A DNA stretch of 64,000 nucleotides from Tubiluchus corallicola (lineage: Eukaryota > Animalia > Priapulida): the NCBI GenBank assembly GCA_030141605.1, contig JAQGDQ010000100.1, forward strand, positions 124,001 to 188,000. Reading direction: 5' to 3'. The position numbers and the translations under genes are program-made. This document shows positions 1 to 13,302 of the stretch, in pieces. The notes beneath the pieces were generated by a model. The model was given only the letters and a program-made list of their open reading frames with translations, was not told the origin of the DNA and made no database searches. Position 1 is the first letter of the stretch. The number at the start of each line of letters is the position of its first letter.

Positions 1-199
1 ATGCTCCTTATTGGTCCTTCTTGGTCTGACTAATCAATACACCGAGAAACTAATTGAAGAGGCTTTGGGCATGCGACCAATTGGTTGAGAACCAGTAAAT
101 CTAAGAAGTATAAAGTAATACATGAAATGAAAGGCATAGTCCATAGTTAGTGAATTTTTTAAAACAATTTATTTGAAGGGAGTAAACGCGGAAAAGTCG

Positions 200-445
200 T
201 GACTGGCTTCGGATTAGAACCAGGAACCTTTGGATTATAAGTCCAATCAATCTATCGAAAAATAATTTTAATTAGTTAGTAATTATTCTATTGTGAATGT
301 GATGAATTGGTTGCAGGTTGAGTAATCTTACAGGTATCGCGCTGGAGTTGCGATCAACACTTATATTTTTACTTAAATTATATTTTTGCTGCTTTATTTT
401 AAATACTATTGTAACAAGTGTCCCGGTTCAAATTCAGATTCTCAA
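200..445. mobile_element. tRNA-derived SINE-like remnant (divergent tRNA-like halves)
   Basis: Minus strand: ggacttataatccaaaggttcctggttctaatcc (anticodon arm and box B). Plus strand: cccggttcaaattc (box B-like). No intact cloverleaf. Confidence 0.45.
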
Positions 446-3400
446 CCTTTATTCCTTTTTCCTTCTTTTCGGACAAGTTTGATTTCAAAACTCCAACAAT
501 CGTAGATTCTTTCTGCCACTAACAAATAACTTTAAAATAAAGATTATAAATAATTAATCCGCGCTATGAAATGTTCACAAGTCAGGCTACGATTAACTTA
601 ACTTTTAGCTTGCTGGAACAGACCAACTGATAAACCTTATTACGACTCTTTTTCGCTTTAATAATATATGCATACTCCTAGCTTCGATAATTTAACAGCT
701 TCTGCAAACTTCCGTTTCAAAACAAATTCTCTATCAATGACGTCACTGAATCTTTTTTTCACAGGACAACATTGATTGGGAAAAGCGCAGGCGAAGAGTG
801 CGGAGATCTAGAAGTGTATAGGAGGAAAATTTTATCCTATCTGATGCGGAAATCTCTTTCTCGGTAGAGAACAAAAAAGTTTCGATCAACTTCTTTAATA
901 ACACGAGATCGATGAAGCCGTGTAAAGCAGCCACTGATGTATGCCTATAAATGTTACATGCCATAGAACATGACAACAATAATCGTGTAGTCTTCGTGAT
1001 TTAAAAATAATTCTTTTGCAAAGCAGTTCACACTTTGTTTTACATATAATTATAATTAAACTTTATGAACTAAGCAGCTGGTTTGAAATCTGAAGAAGAG
1101 AAAATTGAGGGAAAAACTGAGCGGAGTAGCATAGGTGTGAGGAAAAGTTATCGAAAAAATTTGTCGAAAATAAAATTAAACTAATGTGAATGCGTTTGCC
1201 TTATTTATTTGAAAAATGTAAGTCATGTGCACTATTTGGTTTCATCGCATTAGATCTTCAGAAACTTGGTGGATCAACAGGCCAAATGTTTGAAAATAAG
1301 ATCATAAGTATGCGACACGTTAACGAGTTTTAACAATTTAATACCATTTATTGTTTGTCGTACTGACGGTCAAATATTGATATTGCACATAATTTTCTTT
1401 CGGGAGAAAGGACGCATTAATTTTCTTTTTTATATTTTATACTAGGTTTCCCCTTATGGTACATAAAAACAGGCTGGATTGGTCATATCTAACCTATCTG
1501 TGACCTGCAAAATTTCTTTCCCAGGGACAATCAATAATTCCAGTATAAACTAATTCAGCTTCTTCAATGTGCACTTCTTGCAACCTGTTACATCTACATT
1601 TATACTTAAATTATTCTTGCTGTTTTATTTTAAGTATTATTGTAACAAGTGTACGTGTGCTGTGTCATATTGTGTGACTACATATGCTAGAGCAATATAT
1701 TTATGCAACCATTATCGAAGCCAAATTAATTTAAACCGATTATACAAATTGTATATCTGACAACTAGTCAATAATAATTACCAGCATTTTCTCTTCTAAA
1801 TAATTATTAAAGTTTTGCGTGTATCTTTTGAATGGATTTCTAGGTTTGTGTGAAACACGTCAATTCAATTACTATCCTGAGCATGGTAATTTGCTACAAG
1901 TTTCATAGTGAAAATGATCATTCATTCCGGTGGCTTATCAAATCTGTTATTGCCATTTTCATATTAACATTAAACACTGTAGCTAGGATGCCTTTCATGG
2001 TGAAAATTGTCATGCAGACAGTTTACTCGATTTTTATTCTAAACCAAACGCACTTCTGAACACTGTAACTCTGAATTGTCATTCAAGCAGCTGCCATGAC
2101 ATTTTACCTAAAGCATGCTTAGCAAACATCGCTATCAAACAACTTACCTGCCAAAGACATGTTTTCTGTTACTTTTCACCACTATTCGTAATGAAAATGG
2201 GAATTCAGTGATGAGTTACTCAAATTTATTTACATAACACAACTGACTTGTTTAAAACATGGTTAAAATAACAATGATTATACTATTTGAGGTCGACCAC
2301 ATGCAGACCACATTCTTCTGAAAACTGGATAATCGAACATCGAGCTTACCAGCACCAACAATACAAGCAGTAATGCAATATTATAGCAGTACACATGCAC
2401 TTTAATTATTACACAAACATAACAGTCATGGAAATCGCTACAGTTTTATTTGAAACATGTTAATTGTATAAAAAACAGTTTGATCAAAACGGATGTTAAC
2501 CTATTCATGCGGAGAATGGTCACTCGGGGTAAAAACAGTGACTAGCACAGTTTCTATATCTTATTACCACAAAAGAAATTGTCAGTTAAAATAGCTATTT
2601 AGCTTAATGAGCTCTTTATGTTAGGAAGTGAAGTGTGAAATTACAAAGTAATCTTAGCCTTTAATGATGGTCGAGACATGATTTGTAAAAAATTATGCAA
2701 CCATTTTTTTATTCACCAGTTTAATGTAATAATAATTAATCATGAGAATACAAACAAGCAAGTGTTTGTATATACAAATTAGCATGGTACACAACAGTTA
2801 ACAAAAGGGTGATGAGGCTGGATAATGAAAATGATTTCACAACTCTCATTCAACTTAATGCTTCTTTGTGGGATAGTGGCAGGCCTAATCATAGACCCCT
2901 GGCCTTAAGTACATGTACCCATGTGTTTAACACAACTGCTGATATACATATAAAAAGAGCATGCAGCCCACATTCTACAAGCACCCCTATATGAAGATAT
3001 AACTTGTTGAGTATTTGCATAACAAAATAAACTTCTAAGCTTTTATAATTGAAATATTTTTGCTGAAGTTGTTAAACGTCTGCCAACACAAAAAACATTT
3101 TATACGAATTATTCTCATATGTAGTATCAAACAACAAACATAAAATGATTGTTTTTACATTTGCATGAGATCATTTTTCAAACACATCGAGTACAGCAAC
3201 TCTGCATAAATCGTTGCCTCACAGACCCAGTGTCTTGTATCTTTTCCCATAACATACAATACATATCAGGTAAATTATATTTAGATATGTAAGTTGATGA
3301 GTATAAATGATGGAATCAAGTTCCAGAAACCATATCAGTAACTCAGTATTTACTTTCTCAACTAAGGTTTACTTTTTAAAACTGGTTATTTGTTTAATGT

Positions 3401-4456
3401 ATTTAAAATTTACGTAAATAAACATAATTTCGCTACTAACTTTTCCAAGAAAATATTGGAGTTCATTTACTCCATGACCGAGATCACGCTTGGGTAATGC
3501 CAACTGAGAGCAAAATCATTCAAGTATAAGCTTGAATCGCTCACATATGGGTGAAATGTACCAAATTTTCAAAAAAAAACTAAACAGTCTGCATATCGGT
3601 GAGCAAAGAACATTTTACGAAACTTTGTTTTGAAACCCAGCATCATGAATTCTGCTGAAAGTTTGGTCAAAAAATGTTGCAAAATAATGGAATGCTATCA
3701 CTGGAAAAACCAAGCTTGTACAATGATGTACATCATCAGAAATAACTTCTCTGGTATCAATCAGGAAAAGCAATTTTGTGCAAAATTTAGTCAAAAACAG
3801 AAAATAATTACAAAAGTATGTTAGAGAGTGTGGCACATCATTTCAATTTCGTCAAAACTTTCAGTTTTTGTAACAAAAAATTGTGAGGAAATGCAAATCC
3901 CAATAAGGGGAATGTGAAAAACCTTAATATACATGCAGGTTCAAGCAAAATAACTAAGTGTTATTTATACTGCATTAAAATAAAAAACAAACAACTTATA
4001 GTTTCAAACTTAATGCACGGCCATAGTATACAGTTAAAATGACAATAAATTTCATAAACAATAACAAAAATATGTTGACAAAACGAGTTTTTTGTCCCTA
4101 CTATCAAGCGACATGGTTTGCATCAAGACTGATCACAAAAAGCTTGTTTACAAAACGTTCGTATCTACATTATAAACATTTGACAAGCCAGATACACTGT
4201 ATTAGCAACATTTGCTTGAATGGCCATGATGCTCAGAAGACTTCAGTCTATACACAAAAATATAAACTCAGCAAAGCATAAAATTGATCAGAAATTAAAT
4301 AAATCTCCTGAAATAGGCGAGTCTTCATTGGAAGCTGACGTTGCTAATTGGATTTGCATCTTCACAGCATCAAATACTGCACAAGAAACTGGCGTTCGTG
4401 ATTGAAGAAATTAATGAAAAGGAAAGCATATCACCCGACAACGTTTACATCATGTG

Positions 4457-7400
4457 TCACTTTTTTCCATGCTTTTCATGCTTATCTGGCTTTTCGTGCT
4501 AAACAGAAGTGAAAAATGTTATCATCAGTGCAAAATTGTTATCATCAGTGCTTCTGAACTGCTAGAAATTGAATTATAAATGCACGAGCTGCAATGCAAA
4601 CAAAGTTCTATGATTGTTTCATGAGCATAGGAGAATATTTGTCTGCATAAATGTTTACCAGAAAGCAGTGAGTAAACTGCACACAGACCTTAATTATCAT
4701 TTAATAGTGGCATGCAACATTTATTCTCTTTTGCAAAGAACAATAAAGTGCACTCGTTTGCTTTACAAATCTAATTAACAAAACATATGAATAACAAATT
4801 AGTACATTACACATTTTTTAAGCAAAAGCAGTGACAAACACCACACAACCTGAATATTTAATTAATGATGTCTGTTTGTTTTGTTACTCTTAATAGCTGC
4901 TTGATGAATGCACATCAGTTTTTTTTTCAAGTAATAAAGCAAGTTTTGTTTGTAAAAATGCAATAACAAAAGTACCACCACCTGAGTGAGTTCATTTTGT
5001 GCTTTTTTCCATGTCACATGATGCTGTACCTGCACCATTCTATGACCTTTACATGACCCTTACAGGCCAAAATTAAACACATGACACTTTTGGACGAGGC
5101 TGTTCAAAATCTTCAAAACTCATGCCTACCAATCCACTAGATGCCACGGCTGTATGCTTTTATACTTGATGGTACATTCATTGATTGTAGCACCAGAACC
5201 TTATTTAACTTAGGCTATCTATTTAGTTGAGAATCAGAAGCTGAAAAATCAACTGTAAAGTGAATGTCAAATGAATCAAATGTGAAATACATCTTCCAAA
5301 GTACCTAAAATTGATTTGAAATGGTACCTAATAAACAAACTAAAGACTTATTCCTTTATAAATTTCTGAAATCAAACCAACAATTTTCAATCATGCAAAC
5401 TCACGTGATGTTTTTGTAATTCTAGCGTAAGATTGTGGACTTTAGATCGTTCTTGTTCTAGAGAAACGTGCAACTCACATATCTGTTGAGTGAGCTCATC
5501 ACGTATACTAGTTAACTGCTCCATCTGCATTAGCACTTCTGCTTTGTCCTTCACTACAATAAAAGAAAAAACAACACAACCAAGTGAAAGCCTAATATAT
5601 CTTCAACACCCTACTCTGAAAACTAAATTAAAATGAAAATTTAGATGAAAATTTAAGATTTAAAGCACCTTTAAGACAAATAAGATTTACTCTTCTCCAG
5701 AAAGTTTTAAATTAGATTTATATTCTTAACATTAATATTAGTGATTTTAAGTAATTCATATTTTAATGTAATTCTACACTTAATTAAGGTTTAAAATCGT
5801 GCTTTTCTGTATTTTATGTCACAAATGTTTGTTAATTAAATTTCAACAGTTAAACACAAATTTATTGACTGAAATTTTACAAACTGATCATTGCTTTATG
5901 ACTCCTTTTACAAAATGTCTTATAATTTGTCTATTTTAGTTCTTTTGCTTAATTTTATTTAATTTTTGTTTTTATTAGGATTACTTTTGTAAATGACTCT
6001 AACTTGTCTAATTTAGTACTTTTATCTAAGTTTTGCTTTCAGTCCGTATCTAATTTTACAAAGTATTTTATGATTTGTCTGTTTTAGTGCTTTAGTCAGT
6101 TTTTAGTTTTGTTTAATTTTAAGTTATTGTGTTCTATTTCATATTTTAATTACTACTACCATGCCACGGACCATTATGGAAATATTGTGTATACAATTAA
6201 ATGTGCTTCAGGTAAAACTTAAAATTCTGTTCTATTGTAAAAGTATTTATATAATACATATAGATACTGATAAACATTCTTGTGTTACCTTGTAGTAGGG
6301 TGACAGTGCAAAGAAGAGCTTACAACAACAAAAGGCTACTAAACCACTTGAAGGGAAAAACAGAGAAAAGCATGCTAAGAAAACTGTTAACTTTACACTA
6401 CCCTACAGTCAGAATGTTTGCCTTCACTTCAAAAATCTAAGATTTATTTGGTCTGGGCAGTCTAGAAGGACATTTAATTTCTGGATCACTAGTCCACAAA
6501 AATTGGCTCAGATCTTTGTGCAACAGTAATGATAGCATCTTGACACATGCTAAGTATAATTCGTTTAAATTAGGCCTTAATCATTCATATTTAGTAGTAA
6601 AATGTAACTTACTTTCTCCTTGTGCAAGAATGTAACATAATTGCTTGTTCCGTTTTTTCACACTAGCAAATTCCTCCTAAATAAGCATAAAAATTATAGA
6701 TTTCAGAATAACTACTATGTTTAAACACAACGGCATGTGACAAAAAATAAATACATTAGTAAACAAACTTCAGTCAATATTTATGACAACATCTAAAACT
6801 TTGTGCCTTTGGTCACCAGCTGGACTTAAGCCTACATTTTACCCAGGACTGTTGGATTACAAGTCGAACGTCATAATCATTACACCCCACAGACTTCCTT
6901 GATACTGAGGAAAATCTCAACTCAATCCTAAAAGCTCACCAACAAATCTGCCATTTCAAATTTACTCACCCTTAACTAAATTGTGATTAATTAAATTAAT
7001 TTTCTGCAATTGAGAGCCTTACAGTTTGTAATTTATAACAACAAAAGTACTTTAAATAAAAACTTCAAATAACTTTAAATAATTTTTTAATAAAATAACA
7101 AAAACCTAACCTTGAGATTTGATAGAGAAGTGTTTAACTCCTCTAACTCTTTTTGCTGTTGTTCTATAAGTTTATCACGTTTGGCAATTTCTTCTTCCCA
7201 ATGAATGACTTTTGCTTCTGCTTCATACTGTTGCTATAAAAAACAAATTGTTTAATAAGCTATTTCATATTATAATTAACATGTCTAATAGGCCATTTCA
7301 TATTCTAATTAACTAAGTACGTAAAAAGCAGTATTTGAGTACATAATTATGCTATCACACTATGAAGAAGTGTTTTTTATTTTAAATTTTAATTAATAAT

Positions 7401-10400
7401 ATAATATTAATAAATTATTATTAATATTATAATATTAATAAACACATAATATTAATAAACACTGAATGTACCAGATTTTTCCTATACTGTTCGAATTTCT
7501 GTTCACGATTAATGATGCGATCAACATCATTGGATACTTTACGGAAAAAATCTTCACCAGAGTCTCCACAATTTCCTGGAATTCCTCTCATTCCCACATC
7601 TATTTTCTCCATACCTAAATGAAAATAAAAAATGTTACATTGAATAAAACACGAGGTTTAAAAAACTATTTGTAGTTCTCCGCAATTTTCTGATATGTAC
7701 TATTTTAGTAATACATCATGTACAATAAATGCTTTGCAATTAGAACCTAAATATTTCTAATAATTTCACTATTTATCCTTACAGTGCCTTCCAGAAACAT
7801 TGTTTCTCGATCTCACCAAGTGCGCATTATTGTCTTTGTCACAATTTCCAAAAATGGTATTTTATACTTTGTCTTCTTAGAACCCAGAGAACTTTCAGAG
7901 TTCCAAAAACATATTCAAAACATTAATTCTATAATAAACTTCTTCCAAAAATAAATCCAAAAACTATTGCTATGTCATCTTACAATGCTTCTAAACGTGG
8001 TATTTCCTATTTTGCCTGTTTCACAAAATTGAACCTCATCTGATCGGAAAAAAAAGTATGTTCAGCATAACATAGTTTTTAAAAACTATCTTTTTAGTTT
8101 TACACAATTCCAGAAACTACAAAAATTTTATTACTTTCTTAGTTCAGCATGGTTTTTGAGGAAAAAGCTTCCATTAAATACTTGGCCAAGCATGCTCCAC
8201 ATGGGTTTTAAAAATTCACTATCAGACTTAGATTTTATAAGTTTCTACCTTGGAAATTGTGAAGCCAGTAAATGAACTACATAAATAATGAGTCCCCTCT
8301 TAGCAGTACTACTCAGTGACGATTAGTTTTAAAACAAAAACTTGCTACCCACTTACCAAACCTTAAACTTTTCATTACAACAATGAAATTTAGCTTTGCT
8401 TAAACCAAAGTCTCAGATTTCAATGACAAATTTTAGATTTTACCTAAAGCACTAAAATGCAATTGTTATGGTACTGCTTCCTAATAAAGCTATGAGCAAA
8501 ACAATCACAGATAAATCACTGCAGCTCTCCTTAAAAGATGCCCTAGCAGTGGTCTGTTTGAACAACAATGAAATTCTGAAACACAGTATCTCTTAATGAT
8601 GACTGTTTACCTTCAACGACAATTTTTCTACCTGGTTTAAAGCACTAGAACTGTTATTTATTGATAAGACATTTTCTAACCAACTACTTATCTGGTAAAT
8701 GTCATGTTTTGATTTGTCATTGCCGTAAACTGACAGACACTGAGATACCACTTCACACATGCATATAGCTGACAAAATTAATTGTGGCATAATGCACACT
8801 TCTCACTGCATAGATAAAACACTGCCTCACTAATGTCATCATGTAGGCTTGCAGCGACAACTAGGAATTCTGCCGCTTAGTAAAAGTGCAGCATGTTCTA
8901 TCGTGTATGGATTCATTACAGAATTTACATCAAAACTTAACTATTGAATTATTTCTTTCTTGTTTAGCGAACAACAATTAACCTGTTTCAGTATAAAAGT
9001 ATAAGTTTTTAATCCACCTTTTATCATATAGATGATAAATGAGTTTTATGGTCAAATTTTTACCGTTGTGTGACCAACCCTTTTATATTGTTTGGCTTTG
9101 TTATGTAATGCTGTTTTTTGTTACTAATCTGTTTGGTCAATCCATATTCTGTCACAATGAAATGTGTGTTTGAAATAAATAATAATAATAAATATAATAA
9201 AAATGAAAAGGTTTACTACAGGTGTTCAATCTAATAATTGTAATTTGTATAAATTGCAAACTGCAGCTTCGTACGTTTACATTATTTCCTATAAACTATA
9301 TAGTTCCACTTAATGGAGAGCCTGTTTTGCTGAAAAGTATTACTGTTGTTCAGTGAGTGTTTATTGTATTAAGATTAACACATTAAAAGTGCTTCCCTAT
9401 CTTCCCTACCTTCATGATTATGTTCAGCCTCCACTCTTTGGTTGAATTCATTTAAACTCATAGCTACCGGTTTCTCCTTCTTTCCAGGCTTCTTTTTTCT
9501 AACTTTGTCTGGGTCCTCCCCCACAGCTAGTTGCTGCTAGAAAAATATTCATTTGGATGTTACAACATTGGTCAGGTTATCAATAGTGATATTATAATAT
9601 TATAACATTATATACATTTAACTACACATTGCAATTTATTTCGCTGTTTCAGATAAAGTTTGTTATATTAAAAGTTTAATTTAAAAGAATTGACATAAAA
9701 TATTCAGACAAAATATAGATGTGACTTTTTATTTATTCCTTGTTTTCATCTCAAAGCTTCAGTAATTGTAATTTCTAAGCTAATGTCACACATATACCTA
9801 GTACAAGTTTAGAAATCATTAGTCATTTTCCTAAAGTCGCAGTCTGCTTACCAAAGTCATTCCAGCATTAGGCTAAGTAATGTCATATCCAAACTTGTAC
9901 TAAAAAGTTAAATACCTGGGTAACTAAGTCACAAACTACTTGATTAAACTAGAAACACAAAGTACTGTAGAAGTCTTGATGTTTAATACTACTAACACAG
10001 TAATCTTTAAACTTTTGAATCCTGAATTAGCATAAAAAGAGTTTAATGTTTCTACTTGTCTTACTTGTCGTGCCTCTTCATATTCAATCTTGCTTTGAAG
10101 CATGGCTTCTTGAAGTTCTTCTTGATATACATCATTCACAAACTAGAATTTAATAAAACAAAAATATGCTATAAATATGCACAACTTGCACAACTACTGA
10201 AGCCATTTTTAAAAATATTCAAATACCTATTTACCTAGATAATGCGCTAAATGATGTCTGCATTACTTTTTAGTGAACTTTAAAACATTGACTAGTTATG
10301 TTTTTAAGAATACAGTAAACCAAATTACAAGTAACAAACACATTGCAAGCATAGAAAATATAGCAATATTTTGTGCCAAAAATATCAAAGAACAAGAAAC

Positions 10401-13116
10401 AAATTACATATATATATATATGTGTGGCAAGCAAATGAATTGTATACCGTATTCACTGCAAATTACTACATCATGATGATGTTAACACAATTATAATATC
10501 AAGTTTCTCAACTGTATGGCAGCTGGCTCATACCCCAAAAATTGCTGATTTGAATGGAGCCAAAAGTGACAACTTTGTCGTACTTCTATTCTTTTGATTT
10601 ATTTGGTATCTCAGTTTAGTAACGCTTATATGTTTACCACCAAGAACAAATAAGGGAGAAAATACAAGGTACATAATCAATTAGGTAAAATAAATCACTA
10701 CTATACAAATATTAAAGGGGGCCCTACCTCTTCATCTCTTCTTTTCCAATCTTCCCAAATTTGCTCATTCTCCACATTTTCAGTCTGGTGTTTTCCCAAT
10801 TTTGACTTTTTAGGTCCCTTGTCAGTAGACATTGAATTTGCTTGCTGAAATACATAATTTCTTCATACACAGTTTGGTTTACAAACCAGAATCCTAAACA
10901 GTTATGTACTTAAAAAAACCTGGGGTTCATTCTTATGACTGGGGCATTTGGAACTTTACAGAATGCTGAACTACGTACAACGTTTAACTTTGGTCATTAA
11001 GTGCATATCATTAACACCGTAGTCGACACAGCTGCAAATGCAAACACACCACAGCAACACACTACAACACATGCTTTACTGGTTTTTTGTTTATGAGGTG
11101 CTAACAGCACACATTTTAAAAAAGCTATTTTATGTAAATTTGCCCAGTCTGTTTTTCTTCTAACATGTTCCATGACTACATGCTTCATTGCTCCACTTTT
11201 TAAAATTCTCAACTTCGAACTCACGATTCACAGTGTGTCTTCGGAAGTATTCTATTTCATCCCTCACCAGCTTCTCTTACTTAAGATGAGGTACCACGGT
11301 ATAGGTTAATTTCTGACTCATCATTTCCAATGTGTTAGTTTGAAAATAAGAAAGTGTCCTTTTAAGACTCGCCATGGTCATAACCATAAAGAAGACAAAG
11401 TGCCCATTAAGTCTCAAAAATTTTTCTTTTACACCAGGAGCTTTCGTCCTTTACATGCTTCATCAGCTGAAATTATAGACAAAGTACCCATTAAGTCTCA
11501 AAATTTTTTTATTTTACCAAGAGATTTCGTCCTGACAAAGTATGTGAAGGATGAAAGCTCCTGAAAAAATTTTGAAACTTAATGAGCACTTTGTCTTCTT
11601 TACAATTATTTCCAATGTGTTGTTCATAACGGCATGTACTAAATGGTGCCTTGTTACAAGTTATATTCTCCAAAGAATCTTGAGTGGCACTTATTGCTTC
11701 CCCATCTTTATTAATCACTGATTATTAACTGATATTACTGATTGTATTTCCCCAGGGAATAGCATTCCATTATTTCTCGATCATTTAAAGTCCTTTCGTG
11801 CTTTAGTTAGAATACGCCCTAAATCTACAATGACCTACTTTCAGAGACTTGGGAGTAGTGAATTCCGATGACACCAAACGTAATTCCCATGTGAACAATA
11901 TCATTGCAAAAGCAAACCGTCACATTATCATTATCAAGTTCTGTGTTACATCGAGAAATGCAACTGTAATCATTTCTCTTTATAAAGCTCTTGTGTGATG
12001 CATCTTGAATGTGCATCGTTTGCATAGTAACCCCAGTATCCTATTCTCAAGAACACACATGAAAGAACTCAGGATCAATGTATTCGTCTAGCTGTTGACA
12101 TGGAACCTGTTTTAATTTCAACTCTCGAGCTCTGTGAAACTGTAGACCTTGTGAACTGCTTCAAAATAATTAGAGGAAGCACTATTCTGACAGAGAAAGA
12201 TATTTTAGCGGTCTCGAGTTCTTTGTGGTCACGAGTCTAAATTATTTGTGCAACTAGCTAAAATCAACATCAGGTCTTATTTCTTTGGGCATCGTGTAGT
12301 TCAGAGCTGGAATCATCTTTCATCATCAATCATCAGTGCTTCAAACAGTCTAAGGCTTCAGAAGGCATTTGAGAGAGGACTGCTTACACATAGTTACCAT
12401 CTAAGGCCTTATTCTTTGGATTAAATATTATTGGATAAGTTTTACGAATCATTTATAATTAAGTAGACAAATATTGGTTTCAAGAAATAATATAATCTCC
12501 TGTCTTGTAATAGACCTCCTACATGCCAACTTGCGCTTTTGCTTAAGTATGGTTTGCTCAAACCGGATTAAATCAAACAGTCCAGCAGGTCCGATTCGAC
12601 TCAGTCCAACAAACTGAATCATTTGTTGCCCTTTCTCCACTGAGATCTCTTACCAGATCCAAATATGAGTTCCCCAAACACTGAGTCTGACCAGTGACCA
12701 CGGGTTTAGTACTACTACTACTAGCATTAGTCATAGTAATATAGTAAAACCTTTTCCAATTAACTGAAAAAGCAATTTTGCCCATCCAGAAACATGTGTT
12801 AAACTTGCTTTTCGGCAAACTCACTTGAAATCTGGCTTTACATTAAATTTAGGTGTAACAAAGTAACTTACAATAGTATAGATCTCCGTAAATTATATGT
12901 ACTACCAGGACCATAGAGTTCACTGACCTTGTCAGATCGAATGTCTTCGGCTTTTCCCTTCTTTTTCGATTTTTTCTTTGCATTCTTAGAAGCATTTTGT
13001 TTTGATTCTGGAGTACTAGGAGTTTTTGATTGTGAGTTATTCTGAAATGACTCCTGCGCATCATCATCATCTTCTATCTTCAAAACAGCAAAACGAGAAG
13101 CTTTCATGGTCGCCAT
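4457..13116 (-). CDS. GKAP1: G kinase-anchoring protein 1 homolog, 9 coding exons (13116-12928, 10844-10728, 10142-10065, 9536-9410, 7614-7472, 7233-7111, 6676-6613, 5553-5405, 4498-4457), ~343 aa
   Basis: Exons join in frame through GT-AG introns. Translation contains ASRFAVLKIE, WEDWKRRDEE, YQEELQEAMLQSKIEYEE, KEKPVAMSLNEF, VKKRNKQLCYILAQGE-MKDKAEVLMQ and LEQERSKV, which match conserved GKAP1 blocks recalled from the vertebrate protein. Confidence 0.93.
6811..7035 (-). mobile_element. tRNA-derived SINE-like remnant
   Basis: Reverse complement tgtggggtgtaatgattatgacgttcgacttgtaatcc resembles a tRNA box A plus anticodon arm. The adjacent spacer resembles 250-340. Confidence 0.45.
11388..11602. 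repeat. Direct plus inverted repeat cluster (A, A', inverted A)
   Basis: agacaaagtgcccattaagtctcaaaa occurs at ~11394 and ~11479; its reverse complement ttttgaaacttaatgagcactttgtct is at ~11570. Confidence 0.8.
11838..12390 (+). mobile_element. Degenerate CR1/L2-clade LINE, 3' part of ORF2
   Basis: Decayed translation FRDLGVV...SHVNNIIAKANR...SRNATVIISLYKALV, DLVNCFKII, GHESKL...IRSYFFGHRVVQSWNHL is typical of the CR1 post-RT region. It contains stops and frameshifts. Confidence 0.8.
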
Positions 13117-13302
13117 GCTCAAATGTTGTAATGAGTCATTTCTCCCAAGTAGGACGCATTCATTTTTTGTGAAGTCTTACGTTGTCACAGCGCCCTGCAG
13201 ATACGACAAAAGTTAAATCAAACTTCAGAAAGTCACAGTCCAATTAAACTCTTTCTGGCTATGCTAATTAACACACCCCTTCTACCTTATTAATTTTGTT
13301 TT

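Noticed and set aside
200-250. Functional tRNA gene
   Set aside because: It lacks the D arm and acceptor stem pairing; only a remnant.
361-1652. ~55-bp direct repeat (acttaaatta...tattgtaacaagtgt at ~370 and ~1604) as LTRs
   Set aside because: It is too short and AT-rich and the interior has no recognisable coding capacity. It is probably a fragment of a dispersed repeat.
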